Source: an uncultured delta proteobacterium (GTDB taxonomy: Bacteria > Desulfobacterota > Binatia > JACPRU01). From it: 64,000 nucleotides of DNA. The notes below the pieces were generated by a model. The model did no database searches. It was not told where the DNA came from and worked only from the letters and a program-made list of their open reading frames with translations. The DNA lies in the NCBI GenBank assembly GCA_963745025.1, contig CAVUWD010000006.1:384001-448000 (forward strand), given 5' to 3'. This document shows, in pieces, positions 9,377-21,685 of the stretch; positions within the stretch are counted from its first letter, which is position 1, and every line of letters begins with the position of its first letter. Position numbers and translations under genes: made by a program.

Positions 9377-9437
9377 GTCGGTCTTCTAGCAGCATGCGGG
9401 GGATGAAGTCGAAGATACGTGGCAACGGGACCGGCGC

Positions 9438-11918
9438 GTGAACGAGCGTCGCAGCCTCTCGAGCGCAACCACCGCGATCGCTCGCATTGCGGTGATTCCA
9501 CCGATTCCCGGCCACGAGCTGCTCTCGTATTCGGTCCCCGCTTCGCTCGCCGGCCGCCTGCACGAGGGCATGCGTGTCCTCGTGCCACTCGGCCCGCGCC
9601 AGGTGACCGGGATCGTTCTCGGCTTCGGCGGCCAGCGCCCCAGCATGAAGCTCCGTGAAGTTCTCGACGTGCTCGACGAGTCACCGCTGCTCTCCCGCGA
9701 GCTCCTCGCCCTCTGCCGCTTCGCCGCGTCCTACTACCTGGCTTCGCTCGGCGAGGTGCTTGCGACCGCCGTGCTCGCTGGCTTGCGGGCGCAGAGCCAC
9801 CGGGTCGTTCGGCGGCTGGCACCGGCACTCGAACGAGAGCCGAAAGGACTCACTCGAACCGAAGCGGAGATTCTCCGCCGTCTCGCCGTGGACCGCCCGG
9901 TGCGAGCCACGACGCTTGCGCGCGCCGTCCGCTCGAGTTCGTTCTACGAGGCGCTCCACTCTCTTGCGGCCGACGGATGGATTAAAATTGATGAGGTCCG
10001 GCCACGAGCTTCCGCCAACGTCCGCTACGAGAAGGTCTGGAAGGTCGCCCGCGAGGTCACTCCCGAAGAGCGCACCACGCTCGAGCGCCCCGCCAAGGCG
10101 CAGTGGGCCCTGCTCCAGCGCCTGGCCAACGCAGGGGCCGAGGGTCTGCGCACAAGCGAGCTCGGCTTGCCCGGCACCACCCCACCTCTGCACGCACTGC
10201 TCGAGCGTGGGCTCGTTCGTTTCGAGCGCGCGGAGAGCTACCGATCCGTCGTCGCGCGACCCGAACGGCTCGACGCCCCGCTCGCGGCCAATCCGGCGCA
10301 GCAGCAAGCGATCGAGGCCATCGCCGATTCCGCCGCCCGGCGCTGCTTCGAGCCGTTCTTGCTCCGAGGCGTGACCGGAAGCGGCAAGACCGAAGTCTAC
10401 CTACAGGTCGCCGCGCGCGCGCTCGCCGATGGCCACGGCGTGCTCATTCTCGTGCCCGAGATCGCGCTCACGCATGATCTCGTGCAGCGCGTCTGCGCTC
10501 GCTTCGGCGCCTCGGTCGCGCTTCTGCACAGCGCCTTGTCGGACAGCGAGCGCTTCGACGAGTGGCGGCGACTTGCGCGCCGCGAGGCGCGCGTGGCGAT
10601 CGGCGTGCGCTCGGCCGTCTTCGCTCCGCTTCCTGACCTCGGCTTGGTGATCGTCGACGAGGAGCACGACGGGGCCTACAAGCAGGAGGAGGGGCTTCGC
10701 TACAACGCGCGGGATCTGGCGATCGTGCGTGCGCGCGACTCTTCGTGCCCTGCAGTCCTCGGCTCGGCCACGCCCTCGATCGAGAGCCATCACAACGCGC
10801 GCACCGGCCGTTATCGTCTGCTCGAGCTGCACGAGCGGGTCGAGCGTCGCCCACTGCCGCTCGTCGAGCTCATCGACCTGAAGACCGAGCGACCCGAGGG
10901 GGATCCGCCGGTGTTGGCGCCGCGCCTGCGCGACGCAATCGTGGCCAACTTCGCCGCCGGCGGGCAGACGCTTCTCTTCATCAATCGGCGAGGCTACGCG
11001 CATTATCTGCAGTGCACTCTCTGCGGCTCCGTGATGGGCTGTCCGAATTGCAGCGTCACGCTGACGTTTCACCTGCGTGCGCGCCGCGTGCGGTGCCATC
11101 ACTGCGACCATTCCCTTCCCGCACCCGACCTCTGCCCCGAATGCGCGAGCCCGCACCTGCGTGACTTCGGAGTCGGCACGGAGCAGGTCGAAAGCGTCCT
11201 CCGGGCGCTCTTACCGGCGGCGCGGATCGCTCGCCTCGACCGCGACACGACCGGCCGCAAAGGAGCGCTCGGCCAGATGCTCGGCGACTGGGGTGCCGGG
11301 CGGGTCGACGTACTCGTCGGCACGCAGATGGTCACCAAGGGACACGACGTGCCCGGCGTGACGCTCGTCGGCGTCGTCGCGTCGGACCAGACGCTCAACT
11401 TCCCCGATTTCCGCGCCGCCGAACGAACGTTCCAGATCCTTACGCAAGTGGCCGGCCGCGCCGGCCGGGGCGATCAGCCCGGCCGCGTGCTCGTGCAGAC
11501 CTACCGGCCGACGCACTATGCGGTGCGCTTCGCGGTGAATCACGACTTCTCGGGCTTTGCCGAGCACGAGCTCCGCTATCGCGAGGCCCTCGGCTATCCG
11601 CCCTACTCGAAGCTGGCGAACCTGCGCTTCGACGGCATCGACGCCTCCCACGTGGAGACGCTCGCGCGCGCCACGGCCGAGCGTCTTCGTGCCGAGAACG
11701 TGCGCCTGCCGCGGGCTCGACAAGCGACGATCCTCGGGCCCGCACCCGCGCCTCTCGAGCGGCTGCGCGGTCGCTACCGCTGGCAGATCTTGGTCAAGGG
11801 GAAGTATGCCAAGACTCTGCAGAACCTCATCCGTCCGGTCCTGGGGCCCGCGGACCGACGCGGGCGCAGCAGCGAGGTCCGTCTCTGCGTCGACGTCGAC
11901 CCGTACGGCATGCTTTGA
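9438..11918 (+). CDS. priA: Primosomal protein N' (replication restart helicase)
   Basis: GVTGSGKTEVY, VDEEHD, NRRGY, Cys-rich CxxC pairs, GTQMVTKGHD, QVAGRAGR, DVDP end. Confidence 0.97.
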   Translation: MNERRSLSSATTAIARIAVIPPIPGHELLSYSVPASLAGRLHEGMRVLVPLGPRQVTGIVLGFGGQRPSMKLREVLDVLDESPLLSRELLALCRFAASYYLASLGEVLATAVLAGLRAQSHRVVRRLAPALEREPKGLTRTEAEILRRLAVDRPVRATTLARAVRSSSFYEALHSLAADGWIKIDEVRPRASANVRYEKVWKVAREVTPEERTTLERPAKAQWALLQRLANAGAEGLRTSELGLPGTTPPLHALLERGLVRFERAESYRSVVARPERLDAPLAANPAQQQAIEAIADSAARRCFEPFLLRGVTGSGKTEVYLQVAARALADGHGVLILVPEIALTHDLVQRVCARFGASVALLHSALSDSERFDEWRRLARREARVAIGVRSAVFAPLPDLGLVIVDEEHDGAYKQEEGLRYNARDLAIVRARDSSCPAVLGSATPSIESHHNARTGRYRLLELHERVERRPLPLVELIDLKTERPEGDPPVLAPRLRDAIVANFAAGGQTLLFINRRGYAHYLQCTLCGSVMGCPNCSVTLTFHLRARRVRCHHCDHSLPAPDLCPECASPHLRDFGVGTEQVESVLRALLPAARIARLDRDTTGRKGALGQMLGDWGAGRVDVLVGTQMVTKGHDVPGVTLVGVVASDQTLNFPDFRAAERTFQILTQVAGRAGRGDQPGRVLVQTYRPTHYAVRFAVNHDFSGFAEHELRYREALGYPPYSKLANLRFDGIDASHVETLARATAERLRAENVRLPRARQATILGPAPAPLERLRGRYRWQILVKGKYAKTLQNLIRPVLGPADRRGRSSEVRLCVDVDPYGML

Positions 11919-11953
11919 TTCCCCGGTGAAAGACGCTACCTTCGCCCGGCGGG

Positions 11954-12511
11954 ATGCAACAAATCTACAAATACCCCGACAACGTCCTCAAGCAGATCGC
12001 GAGGCCAGTCCGGACAATCGATGGCAAGCTCGTCGCCTTCCTCGACGAGATGGCGAAGACGATGTACGCCGCGCCCGGCGTGGGGCTCGCCGCACCGCAG
12101 GTCGGCCTTTCCGAGCGGGCGATCGTCCTCGATTGCGATTCCGCCGAAGAACGAGCGGGGGGCGGGGGGCGCGGTTTGCTTCGGCTCATCAACCCGGAGG
12201 TCGTCGAAGCCGAAGGCACGATTTCCTGGGAAGAAGGTTGCCTGTCCGTAGTCGACTTCACGGCGGAAGTGGAGCGCGCGGCGCACGTGCTCGTGCGAGC
12301 GTTCACCCTCGAAGAGAAGGAGCTCCGCATCGAAGCGGAGGGGCTCCTCGCGGTGGCCCTTCAGCACGAGATCGATCATCTCGACGGCAAGCTCTTCATC
12401 GACCGCATCAGCCGCTTGAAGCGCGACCTCTACAAGCGAAAGCTCAAGAAGATGCAGCGCGAGGGGCGCTTCGAAGAAGCGACGGCGAAGAATCCTGCGG
12501 TGCACATCTGA
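11954..12511 (+). CDS. def: Peptide deformylase
   Basis: GVGLAAPQ, EGCLS, QHEIDHLDG. Confidence 0.97.
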   Translation: MQQIYKYPDNVLKQIARPVRTIDGKLVAFLDEMAKTMYAAPGVGLAAPQVGLSERAIVLDCDSAEERAGGGGRGLLRLINPEVVEAEGTISWEEGCLSVVDFTAEVERAAHVLVRAFTLEEKELRIEAEGLLAVALQHEIDHLDGKLFIDRISRLKRDLYKRKLKKMQREGRFEEATAKNPAVHI

Positions 12512-12516
12512 GGATG

Positions 12517-12571
12517 GGCTTCAGACTTCAGGCTTCAGCAGGACGTTCTCTGTGTTCTGAAGCCTGAAGCC
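12517..12571. repeat. Intergenic 7-bp tandem/inverted repeat hairpin
   Basis: GGCTTCA-GACTTCA-GGCTTCA ... TGAAGCC-TGAAGCC. Confidence 0.7.
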
Positions 12572-12575
12572 GTTC

Positions 12576-13508
12576 ATGAGACTTGTCTTCTTCGGAACCC
12601 CCGCGTTCGCGGTGCCCTCGCTCCACGCCCTGCTGGCACGAGGTCACGAGATCGCCGCCGTGTTCTCCCGGCCCGATCGGCCCGCAGGAAGAGGGCAAGC
12701 GTCGCGCGTCTCGGCGGTCAAGCGGGTCGCGCTCGAGCGCGGGCTTCGGATCGAGCAGCCCGAGACGCTGCGGGATCCCGCCGTGGTGGAGCGTCTGCGC
12801 GCGCTCGCTCCCGAGGCGATCGTCGTTGCGGCGTACGGCAAGATCTTGCCGAAGAGCTTGCTCGATCTACCGCCGCGCGGTGCGATCAACGTTCACGCAT
12901 CGCTGCTTCCGAAACACCGCGGCGCGGCGCCGATCCAGCGCGCCATCCTGGCCGGCGATCCGACGACCGGCATCACCATCATGCAGATGAACGAGCAAAT
13001 GGACGCAGGCGACCTCCTCCTGCAGGAGCAGGTCACGATCCACGCCGACGACACCGCCGAATCGCTCGGCGGGCGGCTCGCCGAAGTCGGCGCGCATCTG
13101 ATCGTCGCGGCCCTCGATCGCCTGGCCCGCGGTCTCCTGGTACCGCGGCCGCAGCACGACGCCGAAGCCACTCTCGCGCCGATGGTGAAGAAGGAAGAAG
13201 GGATGATCGACTGGCACCGCAGCGCCGTGGAGATCGAACGCGCGGTGCGCGCCTTCACGCCGTGGCCGAGCGCCTACAGCTGTGTCGGTGGAAGGCTCCT
13301 GAAAATCCACCGCGCGGCAGTATGCGCCGCGGCGACACGTGCCGCGCCCGGTACCGTCGTGCGCGCCTGCCGCGACGCGCTCGAAGTCGCCACGGGGCAC
13401 GAGTGCCTGCGCCTTCTCGAGGTCCAGCTCGAAGGCAAGAGGCGACTCGGCACGCGGGAATTTCTCGCCGGCAGGCCGCTCCGCGAAGGCGACGTGCTGG
13501 GACGGTGA
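12576..13508 (+). CDS. fmt: Methionyl-tRNA formyltransferase
   Basis: FFGTPAFA, INVHASLLPKHRGAAPIQ, MDAGD; follows def. Confidence 0.97.
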   Translation: MRLVFFGTPAFAVPSLHALLARGHEIAAVFSRPDRPAGRGQASRVSAVKRVALERGLRIEQPETLRDPAVVERLRALAPEAIVVAAYGKILPKSLLDLPPRGAINVHASLLPKHRGAAPIQRAILAGDPTTGITIMQMNEQMDAGDLLLQEQVTIHADDTAESLGGRLAEVGAHLIVAALDRLARGLLVPRPQHDAEATLAPMVKKEEGMIDWHRSAVEIERAVRAFTPWPSAYSCVGGRLLKIHRAAVCAAATRAAPGTVVRACRDALEVATGHECLRLLEVQLEGKRRLGTREFLAGRPLREGDVLGR

Positions 13509-13509
13509 C

Positions 13510-13571
13510 GGCCACCGGCTTCCCGCTACCGGCAAAGAAGTCGCGGTTCATTTTTGCGGCAGCCGCTAGCC
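13510..13571. repeat. Intergenic 7-bp tandem/inverted repeat hairpin
   Basis: GGCCACC-GGCTTCC-CGCTACC ... GGCAGCC-GCTAGCC. Confidence 0.55.
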
Positions 13572-13610
13572 GTTGAGCACCCTTCGCTCGTTCAGTATGT
13601 TCGAACCGTC

Positions 13611-14261
13611 ATGACACTCATCGCTCCGTCGATTCTGTCCGCGGATTTCAGCCGGCTCGGCGACGAGGTCGAGGCGGTGACGAAAGCCGGCGCGGATTGG
13701 ATCCACGTCGACGTCATGGATGGGCATTTCGTCCCGAACATCACGATCGGCCCGCTGGTGGTTCACGCCATCCGCGCGCACTCGCGAAAGTTCTTCGACG
13801 TCCATCTCATGGTCGAAGACCCCGATCCGCACATCCCGACCTTCATCGCAGCGGGTGCCGATCAGGTCGCCGTTCATCCCGAAGCCTGCAACGAGTTCTC
13901 GGTCACATTGCGCTTGATCCGCGAAGGAGGAGCCAAGGTCTCCGCGGCCATCAACCCCGAGACCGCGCTTTCGGTGCTCGACGGCTTCTGGGCGGAAGTC
14001 GACACGCTTCTCATGATGAGCGTTCACCCCGGCGCCGGCGGTCAGGAGTTCATCGGCGAAGTGCTCGACAAGATCCGCGAGGCGGCGCGCATCAAACGCG
14101 CAGGAAGCCATCGCTTCGCGATCGAGGTGGACGGCGGGGTAAAACCCCACAACGCTTCGCAGATCGTTCGCGCGGGCGCCGAGGTCTTGGTTGCGGGCTC
14201 CGCAATATTCGGCGCCAACGACTACGCGGAAGCGATCGAGGTCCTGCGACGAGCGGGATGA
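13611..14261 (+). CDS. rpe: Ribulose-phosphate 3-epimerase
   Basis: IAPSILSADF, HVDVMDGHFVPN, DVHLMV, EVDGG, VAGSAIF. Confidence 0.97.
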   Translation: MTLIAPSILSADFSRLGDEVEAVTKAGADWIHVDVMDGHFVPNITIGPLVVHAIRAHSRKFFDVHLMVEDPDPHIPTFIAAGADQVAVHPEACNEFSVTLRLIREGGAKVSAAINPETALSVLDGFWAEVDTLLMMSVHPGAGGQEFIGEVLDKIREAARIKRAGSHRFAIEVDGGVKPHNASQIVRAGAEVLVAGSAIFGANDYAEAIEVLRRAG

Positions 14262-14354
14262 ACGCGTCGAGAGGACGCTTTACGCGACTCTCAGCGATCG
14301 GCTACCGGCTTGTCGGTAACCGAAAGCTGATAGCTGTGATCCCCTTGAAACTCC

Positions 14355-14396
14355 GGTAGTGGGTCATTCTTGAGATTTCAAAAATGACCCACTACC
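14355..14396. repeat. Long palindromic (REP-like) hairpin
   Basis: GGTAGTGGGTCATT-c-TTGA-gatt-TCAA-a-AATGACCCACTACC; 14-bp perfect arms. Confidence 0.7.
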
Positions 14397-14454
14397 AAAC
14401 GTCCCCTCCCGTTTACCCACCCGGCACCCTATGTTAGTAGACCCCCTCTGGCGT

Positions 14455-14528
14455 CGGGGTGTAGCTCAGCTTGGTAGAGCGCACGGTTCGGGACCGTGAA
14501 GTCGGAGGTTCAAATCCTCTCACCCCGA
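14455..14528 (+). tRNA. tRNA-Pro (anticodon CGG), CCA not encoded
   Basis: Acceptor stem CGGGGTG/CACCCCG, D arm GCTC/GAGC, anticodon arm CACGG-TTCGGGA-CCGTG, T loop TTCAAAT. Confidence 0.96.
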
Positions 14529-14554
14529 TTTCTGCTCTTCCTGAGAGAGAACCG

Positions 14555-15235
14555 ATGACATTCGCGCGCATCGCTCGTTGGCTGGCTGGCCTCGCGCTGC
14601 TCTCGGCCATCGAATTCGCTGCCTTTGCGGGCCCAGCGGAGATCTCGGGGATCGACAAGATCTATCTTCGCTCGGGGCCCGGCACGGACACCGCCCCCGT
14701 CACGGTTCTCAATGCCGGGGACCAAGTGAACATCATCGGCGGCGACGGCTCCTGGACGAAGGTCGAGACCCAAGACGGCAAGGTCGGCTTCGTCTCCCAC
14801 CGTTACGTCGTTCCCAGAGTCGACGGCAGCCCGGCCCAGGTAGCGCCGCAGCCCGTCGCGCCTGCGAGCAACGTTGCCGCCGCGCCAGGCGCGGCCCCTC
14901 CGGTCCCTTCCCCGACCGCGGCGGAGGGGGCACCCAACGACGAGCTCTCCGCCGAGCTCACGGGCCTGCGCGCTGAAGTCGCCGACCTCAAGCAGAAGGT
15001 GCAGGCGCGGGGGGATCAGACCGGTGAGGTGCAAGCCCCAGGCGGAGCGTCCGTTTCCTCGATTTCCCCGGCGCCGCTGAACGCCCCGCTCGTCCCCGCG
15101 TCAGCGCCTTCCGGCAAAGAGCAGGGCATCGGCGTCTTGACCGTCGCGTTCCTGTCGCTCCTCGTCGGCTGGGTTCTCGGCTCCGCGTTCGCCCGCCGTC
15201 GCCCGCGCTCGCAGCGGCCGCGTCTGCGCCTCTGA
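14555..15235 (+). CDS. SH3 domain membrane-anchored protein (YgiM/TIGR04211-like)
   Basis: Signal peptide, IYLRSGPGT...WTKVET.DGKVGFV SH3b motif, coiled coil, C-terminal TM helix and basic tail. Confidence 0.8.
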   Translation: MTFARIARWLAGLALLSAIEFAAFAGPAEISGIDKIYLRSGPGTDTAPVTVLNAGDQVNIIGGDGSWTKVETQDGKVGFVSHRYVVPRVDGSPAQVAPQPVAPASNVAAAPGAAPPVPSPTAAEGAPNDELSAELTGLRAEVADLKQKVQARGDQTGEVQAPGGASVSSISPAPLNAPLVPASAPSGKEQGIGVLTVAFLSLLVGWVLGSAFARRRPRSQRPRLRL

Positions 15236-15239
15236 GTCC

Positions 15240-15830
15240 GTGGTCGCAGCCGTCGCCGTCGTCCTCGCCTATCTGGTCGGTTCGATCCCGACCGGCGTGC
15301 TGCTCGGTCGGTGGGCCGGTGTCGACGTGCGCTCCGCAGGCAGCGGCAACATCGGTGCGACGAACGTCGCCCGCACCGCGGGTCGGGCTCTCGGCATCCT
15401 GACGCTCGTCGGTGATGCCTTGAAGGGCCTGATTCCGGTACTGGTCGCGCGTGCGCTCGGGCTCGACGACGCGACGGTCGCCGGCGTAGCGGTCGCCGCG
15501 CTCTGCGGGCACGTGTGCTCGATCTTCCTCTCGTTTCGAGGTGGGAAGGGCGTCGCAACGGGGGTCGGCGTGCTGCTCGGCCTCGCGCCGGCAACCGTTC
15601 CGATCCCACTCGGCGTTTTCGTAGTGACGATGGCACTCTCGAGAATCGTCTCGCTGAGCTCGATCCTGGCATCGCTGAGCGCGCCGCTCATCGTCTTCGT
15701 GTTCCGCTACCCTCCGCCAATCGCTTGGGCAGCTCTCGTCATCGCCCTGTTGATCGTGCTGCGGCACCGCGAGAACATCATCCGGCTCATGGCGGGAACC
15801 GAGCGGCGATTCGAGAGCAGGAAGCCATGA
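15240..15830 (+). CDS. plsY: Glycerol-3-phosphate acyltransferase PlsY
   Basis: YLVGSIP, GSGNIGATNV.R, GH..SIFL.FRGGKGVAT, RHRENI.RL..GTE. Confidence 0.96.
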   Translation: MVAAVAVVLAYLVGSIPTGVLLGRWAGVDVRSAGSGNIGATNVARTAGRALGILTLVGDALKGLIPVLVARALGLDDATVAGVAVAALCGHVCSIFLSFRGGKGVATGVGVLLGLAPATVPIPLGVFVVTMALSRIVSLSSILASLSAPLIVFVFRYPPPIAWAALVIALLIVLRHRENIIRLMAGTERRFESRKP

Positions 15831-15866
15831 TCAAAGAGGCGGCACTGCCCGAAAACCCACCACTGA

Positions 15867-17941
<2,075 letters not shown>

Positions 17942-17964
17942 TTCGATCGCGGTCCGCTACGTGC

Positions 17965-18007
17965 GGAAAAGGCCGGTCTCCCGTCTTGGGGCCGGCCTTT
18001 TCCTTTT
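17965..18007 (+). terminator. Rho-independent terminator after glnA
   Basis: GGAAAAGGCCGG...CCGGCCTTTTCC stem followed by T-runs, between convergent glnA and ahcY. Confidence 0.75.
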
Positions 18008-18206
18008 CGCCAGGCGCGGTCGCTACGGGTCGGACGCGGCCTCGTAAAGGAGCGTCTCGGCCTCTTCCCAGCCGATGCAGGCGTCGGTAATCGAGACGCC
18101 GTACTCCAGGACTCCGTCGCTTCTCCAGGCTTGCCGGCCGGGCTCGAGATGGCTCTCCAGCGGCGATCGGGGTTTCGGCGGTCGTAGGCCCATCGCCGAT
18201 CGACTC

Positions 18207-19493
18207 CTACGTCCCCTGATCCCAAGATCGCAAGTACTTCTCCTGTTCCGCCGTCAGGCGGTCGATCTTGATTCGCATGCTTGCGAGCTTCAGCGTCGCG
18301 ACGCGGTCCTCGATCGTCTTCGGCACATCGTGAACCTTGACCTCGAGCCGACGCGTGCGGCCGTTCTTCGCCGCCCACTGCGTCATCAACGCCTGGGTGG
18401 CGAAGCTCATGTCCATGACCGCCGGAGGGTGTCCCTCCGCCGCGGCAAGGTTCACGAGTCGTCCCTCGCCGAGCAGATATAGCGTGCGGCCGTCTTTCAG
18501 GACGTAGCCGTCGACCGAGGGCCGCACGTTGTTCAACACCTTCTTGGACATCGCCCGCAGCGCCTTGATGTCGATCTCGATGTCGAAGTGCCCGGAGTTG
18601 GCGAGCAGGGACCCGTCCTTCATCTTCGCCAGGTGCTCTTTGCGGATCACGTGCGCGTCACCGGTCAGCGTCACGAAGATGTCGCCGACGGCGGCCGCCT
18701 CCCCCATCTGCATCACCCGTAAGCCATCCATCGCCGCCTCGAGCGCCTTGATCGGATCGACCTCGGTGACGATGACGTTCGCCCCCATTCCTCTCGCGCG
18801 GCTCGCCACGCCCTTGCCGCACCAGCCGTAGCCAGCGACGACGATGTTCTTGCCCGCAAGTAGCACGCTGGTCGCACGGAGGATCCCGTCGATGGTCGAT
18901 TGCCCCGTGCCATAGCGATTGTCGAACAAGTGCTTGGTAGCGGCGTCGTTCACGGCGACCACGGGGATCTTGAGCGCGCCGTCGGCGGCCATGGCGCGCA
19001 GCCGGATCACGCCCGTCGTCGTCTCCTCCATGCTCGCGACCACGCGATCGGAGATCTTGGCGTATTCCGTGTGCAGCAGCGAGACCAGGTCGGCGCCGTC
19101 GTCGAGGGTCACGTCGGGACGCGCATCGAGCACCGCACGAAGGTGCTTGTAGTAGGTCTTGTGGTCTTCGCCGTGTATCGCGAAAACGGGGATCCCCTCC
19201 TTCACGAGCGCGGCGGCAGAGTCGTCTTGGGTCGAAAGCGGATTCGATGCGCACAGCAGCACCTTCGCCCCCGCGGCCTTGAAGGCGCGCATCAAGTTTG
19301 CCGTTTCGGCGGTTACGTGGAGACACGCACCCACGGTCATGCCCTGCAGCGGCCGCGTGCGGGCAAATTCGTCGCGGATTTGCCGCAGCACCGGCATGCC
19401 CTGATCCGCCCAGTTGACGCGTCTTAGGCCCTGCTTGGCGAGGGCCGGGTTGGCGACGTCGTATCCCCTTCCGTTCGGGCCCATTCTCACCAT
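18207..19493 (-). CDS. ahcY: Adenosylhomocysteinase
   Basis: [58 protein letters not shown]. Confidence 0.97.
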   Translation of the reverse strand: MVRMGPNGRGYDVANPALAKQGLRRVNWADQGMPVLRQIRDEFARTRPLQGMTVGACLHVTAETANLMRAFKAAGAKVLLCASNPLSTQDDSAAALVKEGIPVFAIHGEDHKTYYKHLRAVLDARPDVTLDDGADLVSLLHTEYAKISDRVVASMEETTTGVIRLRAMAADGALKIPVVAVNDAATKHLFDNRYGTGQSTIDGILRATSVLLAGKNIVVAGYGWCGKGVASRARGMGANVIVTEVDPIKALEAAMDGLRVMQMGEAAAVGDIFVTLTGDAHVIRKEHLAKMKDGSLLANSGHFDIEIDIKALRAMSKKVLNNVRPSVDGYVLKDGRTLYLLGEGRLVNLAAAEGHPPAVMDMSFATQALMTQWAAKNGRTRRLEVKVHDVPKTIEDRVATLKLASMRIKIDRLTAEQEKYLRSWDQGT

Positions 19494-20653
19494 CCCTCCT
19501 TGCGCAGCTTCTCCACTCCGTCCGTCTTCTCCCAGGGGAAGAGGCCGCCCTCGGGATTGCGCCCAAAGTGCCCATACGAAGCCGTCGGCTGATAGATCGG
19601 GCGCTTCAAGTCGAGGGCTTCGATGATTCCCGCGGGGCGGAGATCGAAGTTCTTGGTCACGAGCTCGACGATCTTCTCGTCGGGAATGAGGCCGGTGCCG
19701 AAGGTATCGACGAGCACCGACAGCGGCCGCGCGACGCCGATCGCGTAGGCAACCTGCACCTCACATTTCTTCGCGAGGCCGGCAGCGACGACGTTCTTCG
19801 CCACGTAGCGTGCCATGTACGCGGCGCTGCGGTCGACCTTCGAGGGGTCCTTGCCCGAGAAGGCACCGCCGCCGTGACGGCCATATCCGCCGTAGGTGTC
19901 GACGATGATCTTTCGACCGGTCAAACCGCAGTCCCCCTTGGGTCCGCCCGTCACGAATCGCCCCGTCGGGTTCACGTGATAGTTCGTCTTGGCGTCCAGG
20001 TACTGCGCCGGGATGATCTTCTTGATCACCTCTTCGACGACGACTTCCCGGAGCGTCTCGTTCGAGACGTCCGCAGAATGCTGGGTGGAGATGACCACCG
20101 AATCGACGCGTACCGGCTTCCCGTCACGATACTGAACCGTGACCTGCGACTTCGCGTCGGGGCGCAGAAACGAGTACCGGCCGTCCTTCCGGACCTTCGC
20201 CAGGCGTTTGACGAGCTCGTGCGCAATCTGAATCGGCAGCGGCATCCGCTCGGCAGTCTCGTCACACGCGAAGCCGAACATCATCCCTTGGTCACCCGCC
20301 CCTTGCTCCTTGTTGACCGAGGCGTCGACGCCCATCGCGATGTCGCCCGACTGGCGATCGAGGGCGATCAGAACCGCGCAGGTATCGGCATCGAAACCCA
20401 TTTCGGACGAGACGTAGCCGATGTCGCGAACGACTTTACGGACGACGTCCGGGTAACTGATGAGAGTGTTGGTGGTGATCTCGCCCGCGACCACGACCAT
20501 CCCGGTCTTGGCGAGGGTTTCGCAGGCCACCCGACTCTGCGGATCCTTGGCGATCAGCGCGTCGAGGATGGCGTCCGAGATCTGGTCGCACATCTTGTCG
20601 GGATGGCCCTCGGACACCGACTCCGAGGTGAAGAAAAAGTCTTTCAATGGCAT
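19487..20653 (-). CDS. metK: S-adenosylmethionine synthetase
   Basis: [42 protein letters not shown]. Confidence 0.98.
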   Translation of the reverse strand: MPLKDFFFTSESVSEGHPDKMCDQISDAILDALIAKDPQSRVACETLAKTGMVVVAGEITTNTLISYPDVVRKVVRDIGYVSSEMGFDADTCAVLIALDRQSGDIAMGVDASVNKEQGAGDQGMMFGFACDETAERMPLPIQIAHELVKRLAKVRKDGRYSFLRPDAKSQVTVQYRDGKPVRVDSVVISTQHSADVSNETLREVVVEEVIKKIIPAQYLDAKTNYHVNPTGRFVTGGPKGDCGLTGRKIIVDTYGGYGRHGGGAFSGKDPSKVDRSAAYMARYVAKNVVAAGLAKKCEVQVAYAIGVARPLSVLVDTFGTGLIPDEKIVELVTKNFDLRPAGIIEALDLKRPIYQPTASYGHFGRNPEGGLFPWEKTDGVEKLRKEGW

Positions 20654-20969
20654 GAAATTCCTCCGCGGGAGGCTCTAAGACGCAACCGACCGTAGGTAGC
20701 CGATCGCCACCGGACAATCAACCCCGAAGCCTAAAGAACGTCCGCCCCGTGCGCGGGTCGCGCGAGAAGGGTCCGTCCCGGCACGCGCGCTTCTGTAGGG
20801 GTCCCTCTCGTCCCGAGCGCGCGGCGAGCGCCCCCTTCTCGCGCCATCGCGTACGAAGCGGGGCCGGTACGGCCTCATCCTGCCTCGACGGAACGGCGCT
20901 AGCTCGGTAAGCCGTTTGATCGGAGACGGTTCGCGACCAACGCGAGCGATCCGTGACGCAGCTTCCTCG

Positions 20970-21260
20970 TTACTCCGGCTCCCTGAACTTATCCCCGATC
21001 AGCGCGCCGATCTTCGCGAGGGCCTCTTGCGCCGCGGGGCCGCGCGCTTCGACGTCGATCGACCTCCCCATGCCGGCGGCCAGCATCATGAGGCCCATGA
21101 TGCTCTTGCCGTTCACCGTTTCGTCGCCCTTGCTGACGAACACGTCCGCGTCGAGCCCCGCAACCGTCTGCACGAAGAGCGCCGCCGCCCGGGCGTGGAG
21201 CCCGAGACGGTTTTGGATCACGAACGTCTCCTTCAACGACGGGGTCCGCGGCTCGCTCAT
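20970..21260 (-). CDS. ptsH: Phosphocarrier protein HPr
   Basis: NRLGLHARAA (His15) and NGKSIMGLMML (Ser46); ATGA overlap with the EIIA gene. Confidence 0.95.
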   Translation of the reverse strand: MSEPRTPSLKETFVIQNRLGLHARAAALFVQTVAGLDADVFVSKGDETVNGKSIMGLMMLAAGMGRSIDVEARGPAAQEALAKIGALIGDKFREPE

Positions 21261-21673
21261 CGACGAACGGCTCCGTCGGTCGAGCGGCTGTGCTCGCTCG
21301 CCCAGAAGATGTGGTCTCGTCCGTACTCGCGAATGAAGCCCGCGAGTTCGCGAAGTGCCATGGTGCCGCGGGCGCTCGCGGCCTTGATGAGCATCGGCAT
21401 GTTGACCCCAGCCACGACCTCCGCGCACGACGTGCCGGCAAAGTTGAGGCTGAGGTTCGTGGCCGTGTCGCCGAGCATGTCGGTGAGCACGAGCACCCCG
21501 TCGCCGTCGTCGACTCGCTCGGCCATGCGCCGGATCTCAGCCTTGACGACCTCCGGATCCGCTTCGCTGCTCGAAACGGCCTCCAGCCCGGGAACGGGGC
21601 CAAGGACTCCGTGCAGGGTCCGCACCATCTCTTCCCCGAGACGCCCGTGCGTCGCCACGACGATGCCGATCAT
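21257..21673 (-). CDS. PTS EIIA component, mannose/fructose family
   Basis: IGIVVATHG, GVLVLTDMLG, AGVNMPMLI. Confidence 0.92.
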   Translation of the reverse strand: MIGIVVATHGRLGEEMVRTLHGVLGPVPGLEAVSSSEADPEVVKAEIRRMAERVDDGDGVLVLTDMLGDTATNLSLNFAGTSCAEVVAGVNMPMLIKAASARGTMALRELAGFIREYGRDHIFWASEHSRSTDGAVRR

Positions 21674-21685
21674 CTCATCCTCTTC

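Noticed and set aside
14471-14554. N-terminal extension of the SH3 protein given by the ORF track
   Set aside because: It overlaps tRNA-Pro; ATG 14555 gives a proper signal peptide.
14455-14560. tRNA-Pro as an island integration site
   Set aside because: No integrase follows, no duplicated tRNA 3' end was seen, and the downstream genes are core.
20654-20969. Known SAM or SAH riboswitch upstream of metK
   Set aside because: I could not find the SAM-I/II or SAH consensus by eye; kept only as an unexplained stem.
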